The notes: generated from the letters alone by a model not told the origin. 64,000 bases of DNA from Chrysomallon squamiferum (GCA_012295275.1 CM022672.1:17298001-17362000); one strand, 5' to 3'. Counted from the first letter of the stretch, positions 52,501-61,855 are shown. Numbers and translations: made by a program.

Positions 52501-52942
52501 GGTTCACGTGTTTTCCCTATAACAGTAAAACTGCGATTTTCAATTAACTGTAAGTTTACCACACTGCAAACCCTTCAAATATCAACAGAGACTCCGCTTC
52601 CGCCATCTTGAATATAGTTTTTACGTCTGATTCTGTGATTGCGGAATGAATGTCAGTCTATTAATTTATGAAGATCACTATGTGCAGTTTTATTTTATTT
52701 TATTTGTAAAGGTTTGACATATATAATATAAAAAAATAAATAAAACTTCTTCAAATAAATAAATCTAGATCATATAAATATTTCTCAAGTATTATTTAAA
52801 GAAAATCCTTCAATCATCAACAGTTATCGATTCAGCACGGCATCGCTATCTTACCGGTAAAATTAACAACAATGACAGAACGTCATGAGTAACAAAAATA
52901 AATAAAAGATGTAAGAGAAACAGATGTTAAATACTCACCCAT
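6861..52942 (-). CDS. ABLIM: abLIM/UNC-115/dematin-family actin-binding protein (abLIM-anchor region plus villin headpiece, no LIM domains found); spliced model of about 606 aa if one base in exon 2 is skipped
   Basis: GT-AG exons in transcript order: 52939-52942, 27693-28122, 21201-21268, 18795-18875, 16468-16612, 12941-12991, 12218-12238, 11524-11706, 9968-10231, 9353-9445, 8894-8985, 8582-8636, 8263-8303, 7701-7808, 7159-7230, 6861-6974. Phases are compatible from the 27693 donor to the stop. Motifs AIKLSMFPAGKPPEPNEIEKIERDDWPGPAS and VYPYEKL...LPKDVD..LE.YL...DF..IF.M.REKFYRLAEWKRNDMKRKHDLY* match abLIM/dematin. The 5' end (exon 1 to exon 2 join) is less certain than the 3' part. Confidence 0.88.
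7159..7230 (-). CDS. ABLIM: Exon: headpiece N-terminal subdomain VYPYEKLKITNFDLPKDVDTNNLE
   Basis: tttcag / gtaatt, 72 nt, phase 0-0; YPYE.L and LP.DVD..LE motifs. Confidence 0.95.
7701..7808 (-). CDS. ABLIM: Exon KEGRVSGITGASGYEGPSISLIKLQKSTWHTAAEPP
   Basis: ttacag / gtaaga, 108 nt, phase 0-0, open in frame. Confidence 0.9.
8263..8303 (-). CDS. ABLIM: Exon (H)TSSSTVNTDSSAR
   Basis: ctttcag / gtaaga, 41 nt, phase 1-0, needed to restore phase. Confidence 0.85.
8582..8636 (-). CDS. ABLIM: Exon GYYFEDGETSGEGQQRST
   Basis: ttttag / gtaagt, 55 nt, phase 0-1. Confidence 0.85.
8894..8985 (-). CDS. ABLIM: Exon (V)PKPGYGPSYGLTPRAATLPLSGLYGARDDF
   Basis: tttcacag / gtaagt, 92 nt, phase 1-0; PKPGYG and R.ATLP resemble invertebrate abLIM motifs. 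Confidence 0.92.
9353..9445 (-). CDS. ABLIM: Exon (S)PSRFLDRPRRSWDDSDIRGYRSLSTLTSVP
   Basis: ttttcag / gtaaat, 93 nt, phase 1-1; completes the ASPSR motif across the junction. Confidence 0.92.
9968..10231 (-). CDS. ABLIM: Exon (L)RERRRSRGEKDEEEDEEEVFEDPKIQKELDEISKIKNESGIGSVIYKEL...LDPWKASRVPNAKYEPRYGTRYQSPMFA
   Basis: ttttcag / gtaagt, 264 nt, phase 1-1, GC-rich; SGIG.VI..E and DP..ASR.P.A..EP...RY.SP..A are abLIM-anchor motifs. Confidence 0.95.
11524..11706 (-). CDS. ABLIM: Exon (A)TGKTVIKIRRSSSPADLKNDEAIKLSMFPAGKPPEPNEIEKIERDDWPGPASPAALLPEI
   Basis: tttcacag / gtgagt, 183 nt, phase 1-1; KIE.D.WPGP signature of abLIM/dematin. A second in-frame CAG lies 6 nt inside the exon. Confidence 0.95.
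12218..12238 (-). CDS. ABLIM: 21-nt microexon (G)KGMMAL
   Basis: Long poly-T tract plus cccag acceptor, gtaagt donor, frame-preserving phase 1-1. Confidence 0.8.
12941..12991 (-). CDS. ABLIM: Exon (P)NFSYSKETPDFLKAKK
   Basis: atttcag / gtatgt, 51 nt, phase 1-1. Confidence 0.85.
15752..15990. repeat. Diverged tandem duplication, period about 125 bp
   Basis: cctttsttaattccaggtayagctg..gatgaag occurs at about 15753 and 15876. Confidence 0.8.
16468..16612 (-). CDS. ABLIM: Exon GSLPLERKSEMNFGRFYNQSYLTNGTQSYMKRASLNPPEKSKPAYHRP
   Basis: tttgcag / gtaagt, 145 nt, phase 0-1; YHRP resembles the abLIM HFHRP motif. Confidence 0.92.
18795..18875 (-). CDS. ABLIM: Probable cassette exon FSFRSASPTCSLTSASTTSSVFRHRHN
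   Basis: gttcag / gtgagt, 81 nt, phase 0-0, GC-richer than its flanks. Confidence 0.78.
21201..21268 (-). CDS. ABLIM: Exon (S)PGSGTDHSASEDEEQFTPNDQQ
   Basis: gttgcag / gtaact, 68 nt, phase 1-0, bridges the phase-1 donor at 27693 to the phase-0 exons. Confidence 0.88.
21501..21610. repeat. (GA)n / (GACA)n microsatellite
   Basis: Seen directly. Confidence 0.95.
22078..22113 (-). CDS. Candidate alternative exon (M)LPYTFMSFLEE(G), or alternative start MSFLEEG
   Basis: Strong donor GAAG|gtatgt in phase 1; two in-frame acceptors give 36 nt (22113) or 48 nt (22125); no stops in frame. Confidence 0.45.
27693..28122 (-). CDS. ABLIM: Large exon 2 (430 nt), Ser/Pro/Lys-rich disordered N-terminal region, with a frame discontinuity near 27977-27994
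   Basis: ttttcag / gtaagt, strongly GC- and CpG-rich against the background. Phase-1 entry reads GQKQGKLRGGSPDRSPKRSKRG...EPRGVPHP*; phase-0 entry is open throughout (VKSRENC...SPIREIVIEPKDSSPP...NGSPPL). Confidence 0.85.
28889..29723. repeat. Direct repeats of 47 bp at 28889-28935 and 29677-29723
   Basis: aatgtaaagctstttgyatgtctgtttgacctgtcattgtatgtata, two mismatches. Confidence 0.9.
34950..35480. repeat. Highly degenerate minisatellite of about 30 bp (agcatcarttcttcactgtcttaa...)
   Basis: Recurring agcatca...tcttaa units. Confidence 0.65.
36200..36990. repeat. Degenerate longer-period tandem repeat (acagtatayaatatcatttayat...acaggaa)
   Basis: Related units at about 36225, 36590, 36675-36745 and 36920. 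Confidence 0.5.
37299..37398. repeat. (GTA/GTG)n microsatellite
   Basis: Seen directly; source of the poly-Val and poly-Ser ORFs. Confidence 0.95.
38216..38330. repeat. Tandem duplication of about 44 bp, a little over 2 copies
   Basis: ctttttacattataaatttctttttt..aactataagcattgcct repeated. Confidence 0.9.
45129..46057. repeat. Diverged direct repeats of about 100-115 bp at 45129-45230 and 45941-46057
   Basis: aacagagaactgttaagtaa...taattatyataattt.acctt...tgattaatgaggttyctttat in both. Confidence 0.85.
51955..52060 (+). mobile_element. Decayed tRNA-derived SINE-like fragment; related fragments at about 50890-50940(+), 27500-27555(-), 25810-25855(-), 28385-28460(-), 47085-47170 and 42260-42350
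   Basis: A-box-like agctcagtg and B-box-like ggatcaatcc followed by ...tattttc...agccagtg; mutual similarity among copies within the window. SINE identity is inferred, not searched. Confidence 0.55.
52939..52942 (-). CDS. ABLIM: Coding end of probable exon 1 (ATG G)
   Basis: caacaATGG|gtgagt: strong Kozak context directly followed by a consensus donor, inside the CpG-retaining promoter zone. Splicing to 28122 gives MGQKQGK. Confidence 0.65.
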
Positions 52943-53404
52943 TGTTGAAAATGATTGCTTTTAAGTATAAACGCTCCCAGACTTTAAAATTCTTTCCACA
53001 TGAATTGTACAACCATCTTAATCCAAATGCTACGACTATTATTTTTCGCAATGCCGTTTTCCTTTGCTACTGCTACAAATAACAAAAGAGATGCGTCGTA
53101 AGGCGAATGCATTATTCTAGTAGGGGTGAAAACCCGAAAAACTCCATGCTTCGTGCTGAACTTTGTTTAAGAGGGATTTACGTAAATAGAAAAAAAAAAA
53201 AAAATTAATTTCACGCTGATTTGAAAAGGGTTTGCCTGATCTAACGTTAATCCCGTTATTTGAATAATCCATTATTATTTATTTATCTGTCATTCATGAT
53301 ATAACACCCCCTTTAATCAATAACACTATGAGAAAGTTCCATTTTGGAATGTCAATCAACGAGTTGCGCCTCCCACCACCTGGTCAAAACATAAACCAGG
53401 CAAA

Positions 53405-53487
53405 ATGGATCTTCAGGGTTCAGGCGTTTTGATTTGCATTATTTTGGGTTTAATCCAGTTTGCAATTATTATTATTTATCGCTGGAG
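53405..53487 (+). CDS. FAXC: FAX exon 1 MDLQGSGVLICIILGLIQFAIIIIYRW(R), transmembrane anchor
   Basis: caaaATGG Kozak, GAG|gtaagt donor, phase 2 matching the 56258 acceptor. Confidence 0.85.
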
Positions 53488-53807
53488 GTAAGTCAACATC
53501 AGTACGTTTGTATCTTTTAAGTGACTGTCTTTCCTCCCCAAATTAAGTAACAATAAACCGTCAAAATAACTGGCGTGTTTAATGCAGAAAGGAAACGGGG
53601 GGGGAGGGAACAAGTTTAATTGGACTGGAGGTGTGAATGAAACAAACTTAAAAATAAAAGCAAACTGAAATAGTATCATTAGTATGTTTAGTTTGTGACA
53701 ATCAGTTTAAGTAAAATCAATAGTCTAGAATATAATCAATTTAATAAAAGGTTTGATTGAACTGCGCCACCCCCCCCACGTTCAATCAGTTTTTCTTCCT
53801 TGCTTAT

Positions 53808-53857
<50 letters not shown>

Positions 53858-56852
53858 CTAAAATATTTTAAAAATTAAATTTGTTGGATAAAAATTAAGA
53901 TATTGTCAAAAAGCATTATAACGGATTTTTTCAAAATATAAGAGTGTGGATGTTAATGAAATAAAAAGGTAATAGAGTCATCATTAGCAGTCATCAAGAG
54001 AATTAATTTTTATATATATAACTTTGTGAATTTTTGTGTGAATCAGTGTGTGAAAGGATATGCCATCTTTTATTATTAATAGAGAATGGTTGCCAAAAAT
54101 ATATGCAAGTATATACCAAAACTCCAGTAATATTAGTTAAATAATGTCTGTGAAAGAAAGTTTAATGATACTTTTTAGTTTATTATTAGCAGTTACTGTC
54201 AGTCATAGCCAGTCATTTATTTGATATATAAAGAGGGTATCTTTAAATTGCCACTGAGAAGGCTACTTAGTAGGTGGACATTTTTGCATGAAGTGCTGCT
54301 CATAGACAGAAAAGTGGTTAACAGCAAGAGATATTTTTATAAACCTTCTCATAGGCTGGAGAGTATAATTAGTGGCAAGAGATATTTTTATAAACCTTCT
54401 CATAGATGGGAGAGTATAATTAATAGCAAGAGATATTTGATATAAGCCTTGTCACAGACAGGAGAGTTCATTCCAGGGCCATGAATCATGGTTTATATGT
54501 TTCTCTTAAAGCCTTTATAAATCATTTGTGAAGTACTGAAAAAAAGTGGAAGAATAAAATGGGTATTAATTTGATCATGTGACCTATTATGCCATAATTC
54601 TCATCTCCAATTACTTATATAAACCTAAGTCAGATTTAATATCTGCTTTAACCTAGTTTATCAGGTCCTTTTTTTTTTTTTTTTTTTCCCTTACAGAACA
54701 CATTTACATTACTTCTTAATGTTTTCTATCAGTAAATTTTGTGTATGAATCAAAGGTCTTTGACTTGTTGTGCCTGACGGATTCTGTTCACAGCAGATCA
54801 AAAGATATACCAGGTATAGCTTTAGGATTATTCCTCATTCATGTCAACCAGAAGAAAACTTATTCTGCTGTCACTGTTGCATAACAAGCACAGAAAGGTA
54901 AAAGAGGTGTTCCTTTAAAACTGTTTTATGTTATTTTGTAAAATATTAGCTGTTAACTGGATTTTCAGTCGTTCTTGAAATTAACTTTTCATTATGTGAC
55001 AAAGAAATTTGGAAATTGGTATTTACAAAATACCGTTACTCATTTCAGTGTAATGCTTTTTTTACACAGCTTATGTCTAAAAATATTATTATAACAATGA
55101 TACTCTGAAATCTAGGTTTTCTGAAATAGAATTATTATGGTATTCATTTTAATTATAGAATCATCTCTGCAACTGTTGTACAAATTTAAGATAATTCATA
55201 CACTGTAAAAATCTCTTGCAAAATAGACATTATAACACTGATATGTCCAAATTGTTATAATATTTGTTATCAGTTATAATCCTAACATTTATTATTAAAC
55301 TACAGTCTTATAAGATATCAAATCAAATAACTGAAAAATATATATTCTGTATTTATTATGTGATATGTACTGTATTATTTATTATTAATTATAATCCTAA
55401 TATGTCGTATGTACTCCAGTATATTCTAACATTTATTATTAAACTACAAATAAATATGTCATATGTATTCCAGTATTTGTTGCTTAATTATGATTCTGTT
55501 ATGTCATGTATAAAAAAAAAAAAAACGATATTTGTTATTAATTATACTCCTAATGTTATATGTACTGCAATATGTATTATTAATTATACTCATAATGCAT
55601 CATATGTAATGGAATTAAAATATTTAATATTCTAATTCTAATAAGTCATATAATATTCTCCACTATTTGTTATTAATTATGAATCCAACTATATAATACA
55701 TACTCCAAGGTACTTTACCTTTTTTATTTCAATTTTATTCCAAAAAATCATAATTATGGGAAAAAAAAAAAAAAAATTAAAAATAATTATTTTCCAATTC
55801 TGTCAGTGAGTTAACCTGTGGCAATCATCTTCTAATATTTGACACCTGACACTGACAAGGCCAACACCTTTTATTATTATTCACGTAAATTGAATTAAAC
55901 GTCATTTTGTTGTTTAAAACTCTGATAGCTGTTGACATTCAGTAACTGGTTGAGGATAAGTCACTTGTGGTTGTTGTTATTATATTCTCAAAAATAAATC
56001 AGAGTCCTTGTGTTATGTGGTATTCTCTCTTGTTTAAAAGTTTTTATAAATAAACATAATAATAATAAGTTTAGATAAATTCATAAAGTTACTGACACAT
56101 CAATTCAGATGCAGAAATAATTTTGAAATACTTTAAAAAGGGAATTAGTGGAAGTGCAGATGCACATTTTAAGAACAGGTATGAAAAGTTTGAAAAACAT
56201 GTTTTTTAAATGTTTTATTTTTATTTTTTTTTTTTTTTATTTATTTTTTTTTTTTAGAAAGAAAAATGTACCAAGCTTGGATGTACCCCCAGGAACTGTT
56301 ATTCTTTATCAGATTGGGAGGGGTCCCAGAGCCCCAAGTGCATCTCCTTTCCCTCTCAAACTGGAGACATATCTTCGCATGAATAAAATTCCTTATGTGG
56401 TAAAAGCATTGAAAATGTTAAAATAGATTATAACAGAACAGAAGTATTAACTTACAACTGTTTAAATTTTAAATTTTAGTTATATGGTATACTGAATTTA
56501 TAATTTAATATAAAACAATATTAATATAAAATGATATTAAAATTGCAAATAATTTTGTTTTCAATTAGCATATATATAAAAAAATTAATGTGATCTAAAT
56601 TAAATCAAAATTATTGAAATTTTATGTGTATATCTTTTAACTCTTGATAATGATTGTAATAATATGAAGAAATGGAGAAAACAAATGAATGTTGTTACTA
56701 CTACTAGTACTACTATTGCCTGTTATATTTATTACTTTTTAATTGTGAATCAACTAAAATAACAATAGGAGTATGGTAATTTATTGTTAATTGTAAATAT
56801 ATGTTATTATAATAGTGCTATAGTGTTATTTATGACAAACATCTCTTTTTTA

Positions 56853-56903
<51 letters not shown>

Positions 56904-59670
56904 TTTTGTAGAACGACCATTCTGGCAAGTTTTCTAAGAAGAGTAAAACACCATGGATACATTACAATGGGGAGGCCATTGCTGATTCTCAGTTCTGTAT
57001 TGACTTTTTGGCCCGCACACTGAGCCTGAACCCCAATTCCCACTTGACTGAAAAAGAAAAAGCCATTGCCAGGGCATTTCAGAAACTGACAGAAGAAAAT
57101 TTTTACTGGTTTGAACAATTATTTATATTTTCTGTCTTGTTGTACGTTTTCTTGATTTTTACTGTTATTGTTAATTTATTTATTTATTTATATATTTATT
57201 TATTTTTTTAATTATTATAATTTATTTTTTTCATGAATTATCATGTATTTTTGTTATGAGTTGGTAACAGGATTTTTTTATATTTTTTATTAATTTTATC
57301 TTTACTCATTCATGAAAATACACATATCACCAGTCTTTAATAAATTAAAGAGAACTAGTGCTATAAACCTAATCACCATATCAGTCTTAGCCGAAAACTC
57401 TAAAATTAACTACATATCCCACTCATTACCATAAAATTTAAAAAATTTAAAATTAATTTTAGCTGATTAAAACAGTTAAAATAATAATAAAAAATAATTA
57501 ATTAGTTAATGATGACAAAGGTATATATATATTTTTTTGACAGCTGACAAATATTTTTTCAGTCCACATTCTACACTTTCAGGACAATGTGTCACGAGAT
57601 GTTCATGAAGAAAGAAAACAGAGACAACATCGCCAGCGTGATGCCGTACACGGGTCTGAAGCTGTGGCTGGTGATCACGTTGATCACAAAGAATCTGAAG
57701 AAAGAAATGTGGGGACATGGGATTGGTCGACACTCTGACGAAGAAATCTGGTGCATTGCAGAACATGACCTCAGAGCCATCTCCAGCTTCCTCGGTACTG
57801 TTGTTCTTTCATTAACAACAGCAACTACAGCAGCAGCAGTGGCAGTAGTAGTAGCAGTAGTAATAACAGTTGTTGTAGAAATAGTAGTAATGCTAATAAT
57901 AGTTGTGGTAATAATTGTTGAGGTAGTGGTTGTAATAGTTGTAGTAGTAGCAAATGAAGAAGAAATGATAGTTGTTGTAGTAGTAGTAATAGATGAAATA
58001 TTGTTATAAAATGGAAGTGGTAGTAACAGAGTAATACTTTTGTAGTAGCAAGAGAAGCTGTACTGATATTGGTAAAGACATGATAACTTTTATTTATTAT
58101 TATTACAATAACTACTACTACTACTACTACTATGATTAGTACTCCTACTACAACTACTACTACTAATATTATAAGCATACACATTAATTATTTTTAATTA
58201 TTAATAATGATTTTTTTTTTTTTTATTATTTATTTAATCTTTTTTTTTTTTTTATCTCTTGTCTATGTAATGTATGTTTGCATAAAAGCGAATACTAAAA
58301 CTATTCCATTATAAAACTAACTTGCAGGACATAACAAGTATATGATGGGAGACAAGCCCAGTGAAGTGGACTGTGCCATGTTTGGTATGTTAGCTCAAGT
58401 GAGGTGGCACATGCCTGGATCTCGCCATGAGAAACTCCTTCACGGTAATAACCTTTCAAATACCAGTCTTTATTTTAATACCGGTGTCTACTGATACAGA
58501 ATCACTGGAATAAAGTATTCTTCTTTTTGTCTATGATCAAACTATTGTATATTTGAGAAGAAAAAAAAAAATATAAAAACAATAAAAAAAAAATATATAT
58601 ATAATAAAAACAATATATATCTTTGAAAAAAAAAAAAAAATATATGATAAAAACAATAAAAAAGAAATATATGTAGCGGAATTGTACCATTTTATACTCA
58701 GTCAGTTAATTTGATAGTAGAGCTTAATAGAAGAGAATGTTACAGCATTTCTTATAACTTTATTATACAAACCAGATTTTAGTTTTTTATCAAAATAGTA
58801 AATATTCACTTTTTCTAGTCTGGTATAAAGATTTAAATTTTATTTTTAAGACTTCATTAATTTTAGTTCATAATTGCGATAAAATATTAATAATTTACTC
58901 CAACTATTTAATGTGCTTGTGTTAGTGTATACTTTTATATGTCTTTTACAGAAACAAACCTTAACTTCAGCAGACATTTCATCCAAAATATGTTTTATTA
59001 GACATGACAAATTATATTTTAATAAAATCTGATGTTTCATGCATTATTCAATTAACTTGTTTTCCCAAAGATAAATAAATAACTTAATCAAATCACTAAA
59101 CAAACATACTAAAAGTTGGGGTGAAACTGCTTGAAAATTATTTTATTACCCAAACCTCTCAAAGCAGAAATAATGGTGTTAGACAGTGAAGGCAAAGTCT
59201 TGAAACCGTCTTAATAAGAGAACTAAACTTTCTTTATATTTAATTTGTGTACACTTTTAACAACATGCTTCTTTTGAAGTTGTCCAATTTATGACAAGGA
59301 TGTAAGAAACCTAAATACAAAAAAAAACCTTCAAAGAAAACTTAATTAAAACCTCAAGAGAAAATATGAAGTCAGGATCAAAGATACTTCAAGAATCAGT
59401 TAATTATGTTTTCCTATGAATGGGTCAGAAGTAGGGGAAGAAAATCTAAGATGTTGTTGATCATGATCTCAGTTCTTTTTGGAGGAATTATTGAGATGTT
59501 TGTAAGATATTAAAAATTGTGTATCTGTCTGCACTGATTTGTGTTGATCAGTTTTTCATGGTTCATTTTGTGATTTTAAATGTACATAATACTGGTAGGT
59601 GATTGGAATTTTTTAACATACAGGTTCCACTTCATAAACATTTCTTTTTAAATATCAGCTGGGTATATTC

Positions 59671-59709
<39 letters not shown>

Positions 59710-60366
59710 GTTGCTGCTTTTGTGGGGGTTTTTTTTTATTGAGGGGTGATTGTCAGGAGAGATACTCAGTCTGATCTCAAAAAGTTGAAAATATTAATTT
59801 ATTAATCCACTGGTAAAGACATAATATCTCATGTTCTGTCTACATTTTGTTCATGCAGATAACAACACAGGATATTCTCAGATATGCCTCTAATTACGGC
59901 TTTAACAGGAAATAATGTTTATATGAATATCGTGCAAACAAAGAACCTACATTTTCATGATTAAAATCTTCCTGCTGTTAACAACAATAGCAATAGTCAG
60001 TTCTTGGCATAAATGTTATGATATTGTAATTTTGAAAAGGATCTGTTTCATCATTAATATGATGATGTGTAGATTAATGAATTGTTGAGGTGTTGAAATG
60101 TATTTTTTTTTTTTTAATATATTTATTATTATTGGTGTTGTTATTATTGTTATTGAAGGGTTTTTTTCTGTTTTTTTTTTTTGTTATTTTAATTATTATA
60201 TGTTTTTTTTTTTTTTTTTTTCACAGATGAACTGCCCAACCTGGTCCAGTTCTGCGACACTATGAAGGACACTTACTGGCCAGACTGGGACAAGCACTGT
60301 CGGGGTAGTAAGGCTTTTCAAGACGACAGCGGAAAAATCTACTTCCAAGATGGATGCACCTTGTAG
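53405..60366 (+). CDS. FAXC: Failed axon connections homologue (FAX/FAXC; metaxin/GST-like with N-terminal membrane anchor), 6 exons, 296 aa
   Basis: Exons 53405-53487, 56258-56399, 56912-57108, 57583-57794, 58328-58444, 60227-60366 sum to 891 nt, all GT-AG and phase-compatible. Motifs PSASPFPLKLETYLRMNKIPY, KTPWIHYNGEAIADSQFCI, GHGIGRHS, DLRAISSFLG..KYMMGDKPSEVDCAMFGMLAQ and PNLVQFCDTMKDTYWPDWD are typical of the family. Confidence 0.95.
53812..53854. repeat. (GA)n microsatellite in FAX intron 1
   Basis: Seen directly. Confidence 0.95.
54270..54475. repeat. 51-bp tandem repeat, 3 clear copies plus a degenerate one
   Basis: gcaagagatatttttataaaccttctcatagrykggagagtataattartr at 54323, 54374 and 54425. 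Confidence 0.9.
55260..55710. repeat. Degenerate minisatellite of about 40 bp (tattaattataatcctaatatgtcatatgtactccagtat)
   Basis: Recurring units; explains ORF 55264-55635. Confidence 0.8.
56258..56399 (+). CDS. FAXC: FAX exon 2
   Basis: Poly-T tag acceptor / gtaaaa; KKNVPSLDVPPGTVILYQIGRGPRAPSASPFPLKLETYLRMNKIPYV. Confidence 0.95.
56912..57108 (+). CDS. FAXC: FAX exon 3
   Basis: ttgtag / gtttga; NDHSGKFSKKSKTPWIHYNGEAIADSQFCIDFL...LTEENFY(W). Confidence 0.95.
57583..57794 (+). CDS. FAXC: FAX exon 4
   Basis: ctttcag / gtactg; TMCHEMF...MWGHGIGRHSDEEIWCIAEHDLRAISSFL(G). Confidence 0.95.
58328..58444 (+). CDS. FAXC: FAX exon 5
   Basis: cttgcag / gtaata; HNKYMMGDKPSEVDCAMFGMLAQVRWHMPGSRHEKLLH. 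Confidence 0.95.
60227..60366 (+). CDS. FAXC: FAX exon 6 with stop
   Basis: Poly-T cacag acceptor; (D)ELPNLVQFCDTMKDTYWPDWDKHCRGSKAFQDDSGKIYFQDGCTL*. Confidence 0.95.
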
Positions 60367-61850
60367 CATGAATTCAAGAAATTCCTTTCTGAAAATTACT
60401 TTTGTAACTTTTTCTCTCGAAAATATTGTTGTAAAAGTATTTTTTTTAGATCAGGTATTCATTTATTCATTTTTAATTGCAGTTTATATCACTGATGTAA
60501 TCAGATACTGTTTAAAAAGTATGAATGGTGTTTAGTCTGGCATGTTTTTTTTTAATAATAGATGCATTTATATAATGCTTTGATATTTTTTAGTAATTAT
60601 GTTTTTGCATGTTAATCTGACCAGTATGATTCTATTTTTTTTTTTTTTTTACTATCTTGTATTATTTGTCTGTGTTATGTGTTTGTGTATGTGTACATGA
60701 ATGTGGGTTTAGATTTGTTTGTTTTAAAACAATAAATTAGTTTGCTAGCTGGACATTTTTTTTAAAATAAGCAATGTCTTCCATAATTACATACCCTTCC
60801 ACAATCCTTAATATAGTAGATTTTGTTTTATTATTTTATTTTTACAATGTATTAGAAAGTGAATACAAGTATATTTACAGAAATATGTAAAGAGAGAGCA
60901 AAACAGAAAAGTCTAAAGAGATAGAGAAATTGAAAATTGTATTAATATGTGATTTCAGGAGAGAAGTGGATTAGGTTTGCATTATACTGTTACACATAAT
61001 TACAGTTGCTCTAGCTATAAAATTCTTTTTTTTTTTTTTTTTGTATAATCAATACTTCGATTTAGAAACTTAATGTATGTATTAATAATCATAGAAGTTC
61101 TGTATTAGATTTCCATTCAGCTGTTACACATAATTACATAATCTGTCTGTTGGAATGTCTCTCTATCTTTACATGCATATGTGTGTATAATTTATACTTA
61201 AGTTTAATAAACTGATATATGTAATTGTTAGTAATGATAAAAGTTCTGCTACTACACATAATTATATTACCTGTCTGTTACTTTGTCTCACTGCCTGCAT
61301 TAATGTGTTTATGTTTTAGTATAATTGATAATTCTGTTTGAAAATTTGAATTTTATATTTAGTAGTAGTATACTGTTTTGTTGATTCTTTATTATTTTTC
61401 TGTTTTGTTTGAATTTAAGGAACAGTTCACATAAGTAACTGCCATTTCATTCCCTGCCTTTGCCAAAATACCAGTGAAATGCATTTGTCCGTACATACAT
61501 AGATATGTACATAATGAAAATTGCTCAAATTATTTTATAATCATTCTAACTCATTTATAAACTCATTGCATGATCAACAAATTTTTTATTAAAATGTGGG
61601 TTTTTTTGTGTTACTTCATCAAAGGAACTGTTCTAATCTGATTAATGTGAAATGATTGGATGAGTTCTGTGAAATATTTGTTTAATGATCTTGTGTGAAG
61701 TAAATGATGCAGTAAACCAGCTTACAAATATCCACCTACTAAATATAAATTGCCTCTTATAAAGAACTAATTTGTTTTGGAGTTAATTCTCTAAAAAAAA
61801 AAAGTAATTACATTTTTATTAAACAAAAACATTTAAAAATTAAATGAAGC

Positions 61851-61855
<5 letters not shown>

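Larger units (their letters stand above)
52370..53790. promoter_or_regulatory. CpG-retaining, probably bidirectional promoter region
   Basis: Sharp local rise in CpG frequency against depleted flanks; YY1-type CCGCCATCTT at 52600-52609; CACGTG at 52505; GC/KLF-like boxes at about 53366 and 53763; divergent ATGs at 52942(-) and 53405(+). Confidence 0.75.

Noticed and set aside
60352-60366. FAX C-terminus GCTL as a CaaX or PTS1 signal
   Set aside because: Cys is third from the end rather than fourth, and the penultimate residue is not basic.
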